Origin: Phoronis australis
Lineage: Eukaryota; Animalia; Phoronida
Length of the DNA: 64,000 nt
NCBI GenBank assembly: GCA_002633005.1
Contig: NMRA01000045.1
Span: 71,870 to 135,869 of the forward strand
Direction of reading: 5' to 3'
The notes under the pieces were generated by a model, which was not told where the DNA came from, searched no databases, and saw nothing but the letters and a program-made list of their open reading frames with translations. This document shows, piece after piece, positions 51,701 to 64,000 of this stretch; position 1 is the first letter of the stretch; each line of letters opens with the position of its first letter. The translations under genes and the position numbers were made by a program.

Positions 51701-54700
51701 CTACAGTTCTGCTGACGCGAGCCAGAAATTATCCAGTCAGGAAACTCTGTCAAGGCAACATTACCGTAGACGCTGCACATGATGCGACAACTGTTTCACA
51801 AAAAGTACATGCGACTGATGGCAACTCGTGTTATTGATTGCTAAAGAATCATGCTTTCGTGGATAGATGATCAACTTAGTGGATGTTGGAAAGACCGCTA
51901 GCCATAATCAAGTACATGAGATTAGGTGTAAATGCCATTGGTTAGTAAGAAATCAATTATGCTGAAACTGACAAAACACAATGTGTTCTGTGAGAAATGT
52001 GAGCCTTTATTCTAGGAATATTACAGAGACCAACTTCTTCACGAATGCTGTCGTTTCTCCTTTCAGAACTTTTCGTGGTTGGTATCGTGTATCAAGTAGC
52101 CGCACCAGATGTCGCCGCTTGTACCACCAATGGCAGGTGTCTTCGTGCAATTGTTTGGTAAGCAAAAATATATTGATCAATTCATTGTACTTGGCACTGC
52201 ATGTAAGTTATATGGTTTTCATGATTCTGTATCACTTGTAAACGCTCTGATAGTTCTTGTGTTGATATTTCCTAATAGTCAACTGTCAAGTTTACCAACT
52301 GAGCTTGGTAAGTGAGACGATATTGTTGTTTCATAACCTTGCTTAAGGTTTGTATTCTTGGATGTGCAAAAATCTGCACGAGGTCTTACAAACTTCATGC
52401 AGACTCCCGCTGCACAGTAGCAGATTAGCACCATGATGTCGACAGAAGTGGGACAAAAGTCCAACTTGGTTCATATATTATCCCTTTAGAGTAAAAAGTC
52501 CAGTCAATGTTATATTATTCAAAGCCAAACGGGCATGAGCCATCTTTGTGTTTCACTGACACTCATAGACAAAATGAATAATTTGACAAATAAATAATTG
52601 AAAACAAATCATTGGGTGTGCAGGTGCAGTTCCTTGGCAGGAATTTGTAAACATGAAAGGACTTGATATAAACAATGAAGGATTTTTGTTGTTTTCCATT
52701 TGATAAGACTGTTGAAGCCAAAATGTCATAACATATGTTTTGTTTCAATAACTATTGTATTTTAATGTTACATTTCAGTTGAACACCTCATTTCATTTGT
52801 GGCAAGCCAGTGCGAAAGTCAGGCAGCTGACACGCCAATCCAACCAGCGTAGACTGGAAGGTATTGTAAGGAAAGCAGCATTGAAATGGAGGGACTTTAC
52901 ACTAAACCGGCGAGCACAACGTCATTGGATGATGGAGTCTTTAACAAAGGTAGTACGTTGCACTCTGAACTGGACGTCTGTGACATGAAGTTTGTGAAAA
53001 GCGTAGAGTTCACGTGATGACAAGATTTACTGTGAAACATTAGTCGAGCCTTTATAAATATGTGTATTGAGGTAGTCAATACATCTGCTGAAACACAGCT
53101 GAAAGGACAATTTTGCACTGATTCTGTGAAATGGAAATAAATAAGAGAAATTCAGGGTATGGAGGCAAAATATTTGTTGAGAGTGGTTATAGTACTAGCA
53201 AAATTCAATTCCTGTCGGTACATATGAACCATGAACAGTCTTACCTGTACATTTTTTTCTTCTGTTTGAACAAATTGATTGTATACAGTGTACAAGTTCA
53301 AGGTTAGGTGAAAAATGGTGGAGTAAAAAGTGAATAGCGAAACGTCGAATCTTGGAATCTCCGTATAAATATTAAGTTCTTGATCTCCGTCCAGTTATAT
53401 TCGTCATATTTTTTTGAAGATGAATTTCTTCATGTCCTCTTAATGTGAACGTGTGCAGTATGGTGGCGCTGTTGATCTCTATTGGTGTTACTGCCACCAT
53501 TAGAGAGTAACGTAATTATTCTTCTGCTTACACTTTGTGTGCAGGTTGCTATTATAGTTACTTGTTGCTATAACTGAGGTATTGAGAATGAGGTCAACCT
53601 CTTCTGTGTTAGCACACAAATCCTTCTTAAAGCAAGACGGACATTTAGTGTACTGTTAACTCAATGCTTTTGTTTTAAGTCACATTCAGGCGCGTTACTT
53701 TGATGACATGCAAATGGAATAGCACACAAGCTTATAAATAGAACGTTGTGTGAATGGGCACTATCATTTTTCCAGATGTTCTTGATGTGGAGATCCCGTG
53801 TGGAATACCAGCGTCAGACAAAGTGTGTCGCTCTGTACTTTGGCCTGTTGTGGAAACAGAAAGCGCGGAACTGTCGTCTTCGGGAGGTGGAAGCGGAGGA
53901 CTTGAGAAGACAACTAAATGACCGTGTGCTCAGGATCAGGTTTGACGAGTGGGTCACCAGGTGGCAGCAGTTGAGAAGGAGTTGTGATCATTATGATTCC
54001 TGCATGAAGGAGAGGTACTTCAGATCTAGACTTCTAAACTTATGTGCTGCTCATAGGTTAGACTGATAGATAAGAGTTCATATATCGGTATAGATGTTAT
54101 GAAATGTAAGGAGGACCTTTCAACTGAAGATTACTTCTGAACTTCATGAACAGATCGTAGTTAATAAAATCAATGTTTGTAGTAGCTCAATGTATGTATC
54201 AAATGTAGTAACAGCTGTGCTTCTTGATGATTTCTGAATGTCTCAATTCTGTTAGATTGGCTTTGTTATTAATTAAACAAGAAAGTTGCTTGGAGAATAA
54301 GATGAAATTTCTGACTTCACTCTTTACTAGCTCGTATTTCATGATTTGTACCCTAGGCATTCATTTATTGAATGCTTTTATAGTGGCACAAAGTAAATTG
54401 GTATGCGTTTCATTTATTGTTGAGACTATGTTCTGTTGCGTCAAAGAAAGCCAAAGTTTCATAAAATAAAATGGCACACAGTCTTTGTGTCTCCTGATTT
54501 AGTGACTGGTTTACATCATTTGGCTTGTTTGTTTTAGAACCTTCAAAGGCTGGTTTGCCTATGTTGCTAAGCGAAGGCACTTACATGCCATTCAGACGAG
54601 TGTTTGTCAGCAGAAGGATCTTGCTATTGTAAGTTACAATTAATAAATGTTACTTTAAATTAGGTCTTTTGATTGAAATGTGACATTCAGTTCCTGTGTT

Positions 54701-57700
54701 CATTCCTCGAGATTGCTCACACAGAATTTATACATTGTGCACAACACACTCTGTTATTTTAGTACGGTGAAATCTCACCAATTAAGGACACGATATGGAA
54801 GACAGGTGAAATTTCATTTTCTTATTTCGTTAGTCATTTTTAGTAACAAAATGGTGCTTTGTTATTTTCAAGTTCTTCTACAAACACACATTATTTCGAA
54901 AAATTGTGGGCATTCACAATAATGTTAGCAGCCCTTGAAAAATGAAAAACTGCAATTTTGGCAGTAATTTTGTACAAAATCAGTGTGAATTCATTGTCTT
55001 CTCCAACTTTCCTGTCTGTAATTGATATTAAGTTTCTTTTGCTGTGACGCTATGCAAAAATGTTCTTTCACTTGAAGGTATCAAAAGTCTTCCAGAGATG
55101 GCGGTCTGAGCTAACTAAGTGTCTCCACCTGGAGTCGATAGCTAGTAACCACTTAGCTGAACATCAGATCAGCATTAAACACGAAGTGCTGGTGGGATGG
55201 CATGGCTGGTGCCTCGAACAGAGGGCTGAACGTCAGCACGCAGCTGTGTTGATGAGGAAAGTTGCACGGGCGTGGCATCTGTGGGTTTGTGGTAAGTGTT
55301 CTCTATCACTGTCTGTGTATTTGTTACACTGTGTTTGATCGTTTGTCCATTGGAAATTAATTCAGGATAGGTTTGAGGTGGATGTTTACTGGCGTGATTT
55401 TATTGGCCATGGGAAATTCAAAGCTGCATTGTTTGACTTTTCAGTCTCTACGAATCGCAAGCAAACCATGCAAAGATTTCAGCAGGAGCTGACGACAAAT
55501 GCTCTCTGCCGAGCCTTCCGGTTATGGCAACAGCGATTGGCTCTTCAGCGTCATGTGACCTCATTTGCTAGTACCAAGCTTCTGCAAAGGTGAGTCTTAT
55601 ATTTGTCTACATTCCTGTCTACTGTGGTAGCCATTCTTTGTGTTTCTTACTGTATATTTCACTGGTCAAGAAAATGTGGTATATTTGTTTTAAAATCATT
55701 ATGTTATTCAGGGAACTGTTGTCTAAACTCGCACTTGATGAATGAAAAATCATTTTTGCTACTCCAGTTGCTCTGACAGTGCTTTGGTTGGAATATCGGA
55801 ACATTTTCAGATTACATGCCATTAGTTGAGAATGTAAAGGAAGATTACCACAACATAGGACAATTTTTTAATTTTTCATTAATATGTAACTTGTAGATCA
55901 CTCACTGCCTGGAAGAGTGGATGCTATAGGCAAAAGTTACTGAGAAGCATGCAAGTTAGATTTTCTCAGAGTGTCAGCACTAGTCATGTGACTTACTGGT
56001 TCCACCAATGGAAGATGCGGCATGACAGGCATATGCAAATGGAGGAAGAAGTGGGCAACATGATTGGTCGATGCAATTTCAAACTTTTGCAAGTGGTGTT
56101 TTATTCGTGGAGAGACAGTGCTCGTGAGAGGATGGCACTGTCGGTGTACACGAAGAACGTGCTTCGCTCGTCACTCAAGAGGTGGCGTGAGGCCATGGAT
56201 CAGAAGTACCTGGATTGTTCTTTGACAGAGATGGCTGAGAGTCACCATGACAACAAGATATGGTTTGTAGACAGAGTTTGTAAAGGAAGTTTTGTATCCT
56301 TTTTAAATTGAAACTCTTAATAGTGTTTTACATAATTAACAAAGAATATGCCTGTCCTTACTCATCCATATCATAGTTTGTGCAAAGTAGTATGTTAACT
56401 ATTTACTATCGAGACAATGCACAATGCTTCAAAGTAAATCAAAGTTCATTAAGTAAATTTGGTACCAGAGCCTTTCTATGTCCTCATGCTAGTAACTGCT
56501 TTACATCAGTCGACCCCTTTTTTACTATTGTCATCCATATTTATGTCTTCAAACCATAAATAACAACAATTAGATTTTAGATGGTTTGAAAATTTGACAT
56601 TTAATGGCTAAGTTGTAATTTGGATTTCTATAAGGCAGATATTGCTACTGTTAGATTATGGAATAATTTGAATACTTTTATTACAATTTTAGCTTATTAG
56701 TCCTGAGGGCGTGGAGGGATGAAGTCACGGTAGCAAAAATGGCGGCAAAACGTCTGAAAAGGATTGTGCGAACATTTGCCTTGAGATGGTTCAAGTATAC
56801 AAAAGACAGCAAAATAGCTTTGAAAATGGTAAATATTTTTGTTTGCTGTATTTTCAGATAGTTTTTGTTTTGTTTTGAGACTCGTACGGGCACAAAATAG
56901 ATAGATCGTGGTGATGTCGGATTTTGTCGGGCCAGTATATGTTGGATTGTAATGAGTTTTAAGTCACCATTCAAAAGCCTCTTGCATGCCTCTGAGTTAA
57001 GAGATACATCTAAGATTTTGTTGCATTGAAGTGATATTATCAGAGAGAAAAATATGTTTCTGAGGTTTGTCCAGCAAAGAAGCAAACCTGAAACTCTTAG
57101 AGTCGAAGCCAAATGCTCTGCTGGTTGAGCTTATTCCCACTCAGTATACAACAAATTATTTAGGCATTAAACACAATACTTTTTATAAACTTGTGAAAAT
57201 GGAGAGAAAAACAAATTTCATACCCACATACATACGCACATGTACACTTGTGGTGGGGGTCGTTTACAACTCCAAAATAAAGTGCCATCTGTTATTAAAA
57301 TCTTCGAATTTTAGATTATCGTAAAATAAATTTTTTTCAATAACTGGTAAAGTTGTTAGCTTTGATTTCAGCGAGTGTCTGGCAGACAACGGTGAGAATT
57401 GGTGACTTGTAATAAAATCACTAAAACACATCGTATTGTATTGGTTTATAGCTCTGGTTAAAGCTAAAAACTTCAAACGGTCTATCCTATTCAACAATAA
57501 CCTCAAAATTGCATTTTGCGGTCATAAAAACTATAATTTCCCTTAAAACGAAGACTGCATTATGGAACTCGAAATTTAAACAACAAAAACAAGACGCTGT
57601 GTTTCATATTGCGACGTTTCAATGTCCCGCTTATGACCCATGCTGATTTCTGCACTTCCTCTAACCATGAAAACGTTTCTCGTGAAAAAAAGCAAGGTCA

Positions 57701-59345
57701 TGCAAAATCATGTGAGTGTTTCATTAGTGTGTTCAAGACCTTACTGGCATTACCTAGTTAACTGGCAATCACCAAAGTGATGAGTCCGTGAGGTTTGAAT
57801 GTTGATTTGTGTGATAGAATCATAAATTTTTATAAAATTGTTTCCGTTCCATAAACGAATATTTCTCGTGACATGTCATTGGCTAATGTCTTAGGTCTTC
57901 AAAACACTGATCAAGAACTGCATCTTTATTTCATGTCCTCAGCTGTGTTTTTGCATGCAAGCGAACATGTTGTCATCGCTGTTCTGCTGATTTCTCTCTT
58001 TTTTTGTACAGTCTCAGTACAGGGTGTACAGTCAAGTCTGGAGAGCATGGACAACCCAGGCCATCAGGCTACAGGTGTCGCGCAGTGTGCATGTACATTT
58101 CAGCAGGACCAGTATGGCCGAGGTATAGTGCTTCATTAGGCAGTTTACTTGCTATGTGTGGATGCTAAACATAATATACTATTTTCATACCTTTTCCCTA
58201 TTCAGAATGTTATATTAGTTTCCATTACGATATGCCATTTTGTAAGTATTGACTCGCACATAACTGCCAGCATTTATAATCTGTTATTTTTAAGTCAATT
58301 TTCAAAAGTTCAACAGTTGATTACACTCTCCGAATTATTCCTAAATATGATACTAAGGTCATAATTTCAAACCAACTCCTTTTAGACGCAACGACCTCCT
58401 AACTGGTTTTTGTTAATAGATTCTTCAATTGCTGTTTGGCCATCCAATTGGCATGGCATCATGTCTTACTGTAGCACCTCTGTTGTGTGTAACTGCTCAA
58501 GAGCAGGACTGTAACAAAGCATGGTAGGTGTTTGTATTGACTTACTTGAGTCAATTTATTGCATTTGTTTGCTTTTGTTTTATCAGTAGAGACTAAAAAC
58601 TAAGATTTATAGACTAGTGCCATTGACTCTGTATTGATTGCATTCTATGGTGATCAAACAGTACCTATAGAATCAGAAAAGAAATTTAAAATTTGATGTG
58701 TTAGGAACACTAACAAACCCCAATTACAATGCAAGGCTCAACAGAACTCAAGTTATTGTCTTGCCCTGTGGTTGATAGTCCTCAAACTTAATCATAAAAT
58801 GTGTAAACTAAACTTATTGGCAATTCACATTTCTAAGTCTACAGTAAATTGTCAGTTGAGTGGAGCATGTTTGAACTCATTCTTACACACTGAGGAGTCC
58901 ACTTCATGAAAGATGACTCAAGACCAAAGATGGAAATTTGGTCTTGCGCTCCACCTAGGTATTTCTGAAAAATAACTCTCACTTGAGCAAGAGTCACTTT
59001 CTAGACTGTGACGTGCTTATAATTATTTGGTTAACCTTTACTCGACAATTGTGAAGTGACAGCGTAAGACCAAATTTCTGCCTTAAACCTCCTAATGAAC
59101 AAATATGCCTGGGAGTACTGCTTCAGTGACATTTCCTTCTTAGAACCACCAGCTTTATTTTACATGTTATTGCCCTTTTCATAGGAAAATTCTTCTTTTG
59201 AGTTAATGCCGTGCACTCTCCATTTTAGATATTTCATGCCTGGCACCACCTAGTGGTGATTAAGAGGAACGGGAGAGACCAGTTGGAAAGCATCAATGTT
59301 AAGCTTAAGACTAACAGCTTTAAAAAGTGGAAACAACAGTGCTAG
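26128..59345 (+). CDS. Large Sfi1-repeat (centrin-binding type) protein, SFI1/C1orf167-like, ~2300 aa, ~38 coding exons
   Basis: Phase-consistent GT-AG exons: 26128-27759, 28501-28556, 29908-30037, 30382-30461, 31489-31714, 32062-32147, 33101-33214, 35295-35381, 35768-35857, 36349-36540, 37268-37559, 38651-38724, 39123-39220, 39980-40166, 43012-43116, 43486-43711, 44111-44286, 44797-45002, 45584-45692, (45910-45954 optional), 46266-46404, 47156-47362, 47752-47895, 48439-48641, 49089-49179, 49848-49965, 51010-51154, 52067-52157, 52779-52949, 53776-54014, 54538-54628, 55078-55291, 55445-55589, 55897-56262, 56693-56828, (57044-57064 microexon), 58012-58122, 59229-59345 (TAG). Dozens of LxxxFxxW(K/R) motifs, e.g. 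LKRAFKLWQ, LQSTFRRWR, LQVVFYSWR. Confidence 0.85.
33521..34341. mobile_element. PIF/Harbinger-type MITE, ~34-bp TIR, TAA TSD
   Basis: taa|gggctgttccagcaaaatctgtatgggaggggg ... ccccctcccacacggattttactggaacagccc|taa. Confidence 0.85.
40271..42042 (+). mobile_element. Helentron-associated non-autonomous element (HINE/DINE-1-like) with internal tandem array
   Basis: 5' subTIR atgcgcccac (40274) with adjacent inverted copy gtggacgcat (40294), short catcc/gtcc microsatellite and ~11 tandem ~150-bp units. 3' subTIR gtgggcgcat (42012), terminal hairpin caacgc-tcc-gcgttg (42024-42038), T-rich flanks. Confidence 0.8.
46431..46613. repeat. 45-bp minisatellite x4 (intronic)
   Basis: Unit gtgccaattggcagtaatggggacacttgctatatcattatgatg. 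Confidence 0.95.
46828..46881. repeat. 16-bp tandem repeat x3
   Basis: Unit a(a/g)tttcaccttattcc. Confidence 0.85.
50543..50674. repeat. 44-bp minisatellite x3 (intronic)
   Basis: Unit tagtagttgcgtacagagacaactaggccctatacactctttag; gcgtac at 50551, 50595 and 50639. Confidence 0.95.
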
Positions 59346-62300
59346 CCCACACACTGGACATAACTTTGTTGTTGTAGCTCAGAAGACTGGACGCAGTGTG
59401 GACAGTGTCCTGTTTGTGGCCAGTCATTACGAGTCAGAACTGGTTAAACACAAAGTCATGTTGCCTGTGTACAATTTTAATGGACACTTGCTCAAACTCA
59501 CGGTACATCTGTTGATCATTCTGAGAGCAAAATCATAGGAGGTTATGAAGGAACCACCAACAACTTAGACATGTGAAATGGTGGCTGTATTTTGAGATGC
59601 TGTTCATGCCACATCTTCAACTTTTGTAGGACCTTGTTGACAAGTCTATATCTAGCCAAATATATGCAAAACTAGTATAGAATTTAACTGAGCAAAAGTA
59701 TATATTTCTGAAAGCAGAAATTCTGTGGAATGTGATTGGTGACTTTATACAAGTCTGCCATAAGCTCATGTGACCACACTGTTTTTAGTGAAATTTAAGA
59801 AAAAAGAAAGGTACATTGTCATAGAAAAGCAATATAATCAATACCAAATTTTGTATGGTATAGTGTTCCAGATAAAATCTGAAGAACGATGTCAGTTTTC
59901 TAAACTTCAGTTCCGTTTTGTGCAACTTAAAAGTTTCTTCACAAAAATCACTTAAGTCCTATTTTGATAGTCCCTCATGCAAAAGTGGTACATTTTAAAA
60001 GCATTTACAAACAGCATTTTGGAGAACAGGGCATAAAGCTTAATCATATATTTGAAAGTTTGACGTGAATCTGACCGCGCCATTTCTGAGTTGTGATGTT
60101 CCCAAGTTGGCGAAAATTGAACATTTTTCTAGGGTCCTACATAACCTTTAGGCAGAGATAAAATGAAAAAGGGTTTGCAGTTACTGGAGGTGAAAGGTCA
60201 CTGTTCATCATGGTATCACGTTTAGCACCAACATTGTGCTTATTTGTTGACTATGTGGGTTGTGATCGCCAGTTTCGTTATGGAATTAGCCAGGGATGTG
60301 CTCAGTCAGGTTATCGTCATATGGTCTTGTTGAGAACAGATGTAAGTCATGCTGGAAAGCTTGAGACTTTACAGCCGTCCACTAGTGAAATGGTCTCCAG
60401 TATGAGTGATAGCCAGCCTGGAATATTGAGTTATGGGCAAGAAGTAATGCACACCCAGAATGCTGGTTGTTTCTGTTGTATGATCCAAGATTTCTGCAGT
60501 GTGTTTCATGGAAAGTAACTTAAGTCATAAATTTGGTCTCACACTCCATACAACTTCTTCTAAAAATAATTGAATCTGGTTTGGATAAAATTGTAGTCTA
60601 AGAATACAGACATAACTGATAGCTACTGAGATCATATCTTTAGATTAGAACGACTGTGATGTGCTCATACTTACTTGGCTAAACCTTTATTCATCTATTT
60701 AAGTGTGAGTCGGAATCATAAGTCACTTCTCACGAAACGGGACATTTTGCTCAAGTGTCTCATAAGTGTCTTCCCTAATGGAACTGTAGCAAAGCCTTAT
60801 AACATTAGGGAAGAACTTGCAATGACCAAAATACCATGGCCAGGTTAATTTGGCCTGCTCTATTGAATGACTGCTTATGGATTTCACTTCAGGCTGATAA
60901 AGCTTCCTAGTTGTGAGGGAGAGTAGTAGTGCTTATGTCCTGGTCTCATATTGGCTTCATTCACAGTGGCCAAACGTCTACTGTGTAATAAAGTAGTTCA
61001 AAATCGTTAAATTAAATGTACTATCAGCTTGTCGCTCCTAGTTTCCAAGAAATTTAGAAAGTGGACATATTTCGTACATTCAGTTTCATAGGAAATTCGT
61101 GACAATTCGATAATATTAATATATTATTGTCGAACAGTGAGAGGATACCGTTTTAAGAAAAAACACTTCTTAGAAAACAAATACCGGGTATCGCAAAATG
61201 GGATGTTTTAAGTAGTGGTTCACTGTTCTAGAAAGATGGCTTTAGTTTTGGATGTTAAAGTGCATTTCATTCCCAATTACGACTTCAGGTGGAAATCAAG
61301 AAATTAAGTCTCACAAACTTATCTCACTTGACATCTACTTGAAGTGGCCCAAGTTTTGACAAGTACGTAATTGTACACCCCGTCAACACTGATGACTTTG
61401 AAATTCGTTGTACTTGCTATCATCCAGGATGGTGTGTATGGAAATCATTTTATCATGGTGTGGTTTTAAATATCCTCGTTTTGTGTCTTAGATTAACTCA
61501 CTTCCTCTTTGATGTTGAGTAAATGGGAAATGTTGCATTAAGAGGGCACTTTACTTTTTAGGGCACATTTCAGTGTATCACAATCTTGGGAAGATTAGTT
61601 GAGTAGGATATGCTTAGACATTTCGTTGGTAGTACATGTAGTTGGATATAACTGCCCACAATTTGAGAACCAGTTTGATGCCCGTTACTCAGTGGAGAGA
61701 ACTGGTTCTCGAAGTGCCAGATATGTTATATCCTACTATCTTCTTTCAAACTGAATTTTCTCAAGCCATGTTTCTGAAACCAGGAACCAACACTCCTTAA
61801 ATCAGTCATTTTGTAACTTTTGTTTTCATTCCTTGTAAGATTGTAGTTCCAAATATTGATTTCCTTACTGAGCACATACATGTATGCTCTCAATTTCCTG
61901 GAATTAAGGTGCGAAAAACAGATGGCAGGCTTACTTTTTTGAGAACTTCATAAGAGATTAGGTCTGAAATTGACTGGGCAGATATTTATGGTATTTAGTT
62001 TATTGTGTCTGATATTAGGTCTTGAGTGAGGGGAAAATAATGCCAAACAAGGGCTGACGATTTTGCAATGGAGACAAAGTATTTGTACTGCTATACTATT
62101 CAAGTATGGACATAACTTATTTAAGTGTATTTGTGCGAGTGGAATGTGTGGTTCCTGGACACGTGCTTTATAACACAGAAAGTGCTTGTACAAGTTATTG
62201 ACAAATAAATTATTATTCTTAGAAGTCTTTGAAGTCGGAATTATAAATTTAAATTTGTAGTGCCTTGACATGAAGTTATATGAACTTGGTCTGAAGAAAT

Positions 62301-63339
62301 AACAAACATTCAGTTCTTGCTGCGCCTAGAGATCCCTTCTGAACTGAGTATGGAACATGGTTTTTGACAGAAAACATGGTTTTAATGACACACTTCTTTT
62401 CTCATGAACCGCAGATGTCTTCGGGTGTAGTGTATAGACACGTGCATTTCATTGGACCCCGCACCAGTGTCTTGATTAAGATCTGCGCTACCGCGGCCTG
62501 GCGATTCTGCTAACACGAGCTGGCCTCAGAATTTAATCATTCTAAACATTTGTGAAAATTAATAGTTTCATTTATAAATGTTCACAGATATCTTTTCTAA
62601 TGGCAGTGCAAACGATTTTTTCATCATTTCACACTGACGGGCCGTTCTTAGAGTGCTCGACAGTTCTAATATATTCGTTGAATTTTCCATGTCTTATATT
62701 TTTGCTCCGTAGCTATGCTCCTTGTCCTAACCAGAAAAATTATCGCGCCGTCGTCATTGTCGCATAAAATTTCATTGATGCACCATGATTGTTTTAAGTC
62801 CGCCCAACTGGCGTATTAAAATTGTGTCGATAATCACGCCTAATTTTGTTCTTCCACGGGAGTGTATACACAATGCATTTAGACTCTAATGTGACAGCAA
62901 TGCAGATGTGTTCACAGACCTGTTAATCACTTGTCTTATTTCAGACCTGCCACAGTGTATGTGACCAAAGTTAAACCACAGACACAACGTCAGGTACGGG
63001 GTTCTGGCTTACCAAGTTTGCGTTCCATAGACTCGTGTACACTCGCTTTCGTCAGACTTGCTTTTCAGACCCCAAAATTTTACATGTAATGGTGACAATG
63101 GCGTAGTCTTACCAACTATAAAACCTTTGGTCTTACTCAAGCCAATCACACAACTCAGATTAAACGCATATGTGCTCAATCAAAACCAGATTTATTATAT
63201 TCGAATTTAATCTTTTGGAGAGGTAACATCGCATTGGAAGAATTTAGTTGCATCTCAGTTTAGGAGAAACTGTGACATTATTGATCCTGGCCATGAGCAG
63301 GGTGGGTGTATGTTCAAATAAAGGGCCGCGTGCCGCCCT

Positions 63340-63499
63340 CTACACACACTTCTTGCTCATACCTAAGCGCACACAGCGCAGACCGGGGCAGCATCTTCTC
63401 CAGCCACCAAGAAGGCCACAGTGTCGACCTTTGGTGCCGCATTTTCTGCACCATTTCAACTTGGAGCAATACCTTCCGGCGCAACATTTACTTTTCCAA
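63340..63499 (-). CDS. Terminal exon of a cationic Cys-rich peptide with tandem knottin (ICK)-like domains
   Basis: Acceptor ttttttgtcttttatag| at 63500. Translation WKSKCCAGRYCSKLKWCRKCGTKGRHCGLLGGWRRCCPGLRCVRLGMSKKCV* (TAG 63340-63342), 10 Cys. AATAAA on the minus strand at 63191-63196. Confidence 0.8.
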
Positions 63500-63778
63500 C
63501 TATAAAAGACAAAAAACAAGTATCAAAACACTGGAACATTAGAGACGGAGAAATGCTTCATTATTTGAAATTTGTACGTATCGGCAAAGCAAGATGTGTA
63601 AGCAGTCGAAATAGGAGATTTATAGGAGACTGGACTCGACATAGACGCCAGGACAACACAACTCGCATTCTTTTCCTAAGCATATGTTCCGTCACATGGG
63701 GCCTGGGTTTTAACATTTTAACTTGAAATCGAATTCGAAAATATTTTGATAATTCCCATTGTTTTTTAATACAAGCTT

Positions 63779-64000
63779 TACTCACGATAGTTAACTCCTA
63801 CATATGCATTGTACATTACTCACGATAGTTAACTACTACATATGCATTGTACATTACTCACGATAGTTAACTACTACATATGCATTGTACATTACTCACG
63901 ATAGTTAACTCCTACATATGCATTGTACATTACTCACGATAGTTAACTACTACATATGCATTGTACATTACTCACGATAGTTAACTACTACATATGCATT
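63779..64000. repeat. 38-bp minisatellite, ~6 copies, runs off the window end
   Basis: Unit tactcacgatagttaact(a/c)ctacatatgcattgtacat. Confidence 0.95.

Noticed and set aside
62240-62290. Alternative last exon for the knottin gene via the gtatga donor-like site at ~63362
   Set aside because: Reading straight through that site supplies the final Cys and stop (GMSKKCV*), so no splice is needed.

Overview
Eukaryotic (invertebrate-like, AT-rich, intron-rich) genomic DNA; the ORF track is mostly noise, so genes were rebuilt by hand from GT-AG splice sites and phase. (1) A 4-exon plus-strand ATP-grasp ligase gene resembling the C-terminal ligase module of carnosine synthase (2475-9927; first exon not found). 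(2) A ~38-exon plus-strand gene (26128-59345, ~2300 aa) with a disordered N-terminus and two long arrays of Trp-anchored Sfi1-type centrin-binding repeats. (3) A minus-strand terminal exon missed by the ORF track (63340-63499) encoding a very cationic tandem inhibitor-cystine-knot-like peptide. The rest is transposon debris: LINE relics, a CAG..CTG element family with 5-bp TSDs, a Harbinger MITE, a THAP-bearing ISL2EU-like relic, and a Helentron-type HINE whose internal higher-order satellite carries a CTCF-like motif about every 150 bp. There are also several minisatellites and a probable haplotype/assembly duplication at the N at 20661. Top leads are the double-knottin peptide and the transposon-borne CTCF-motif array.
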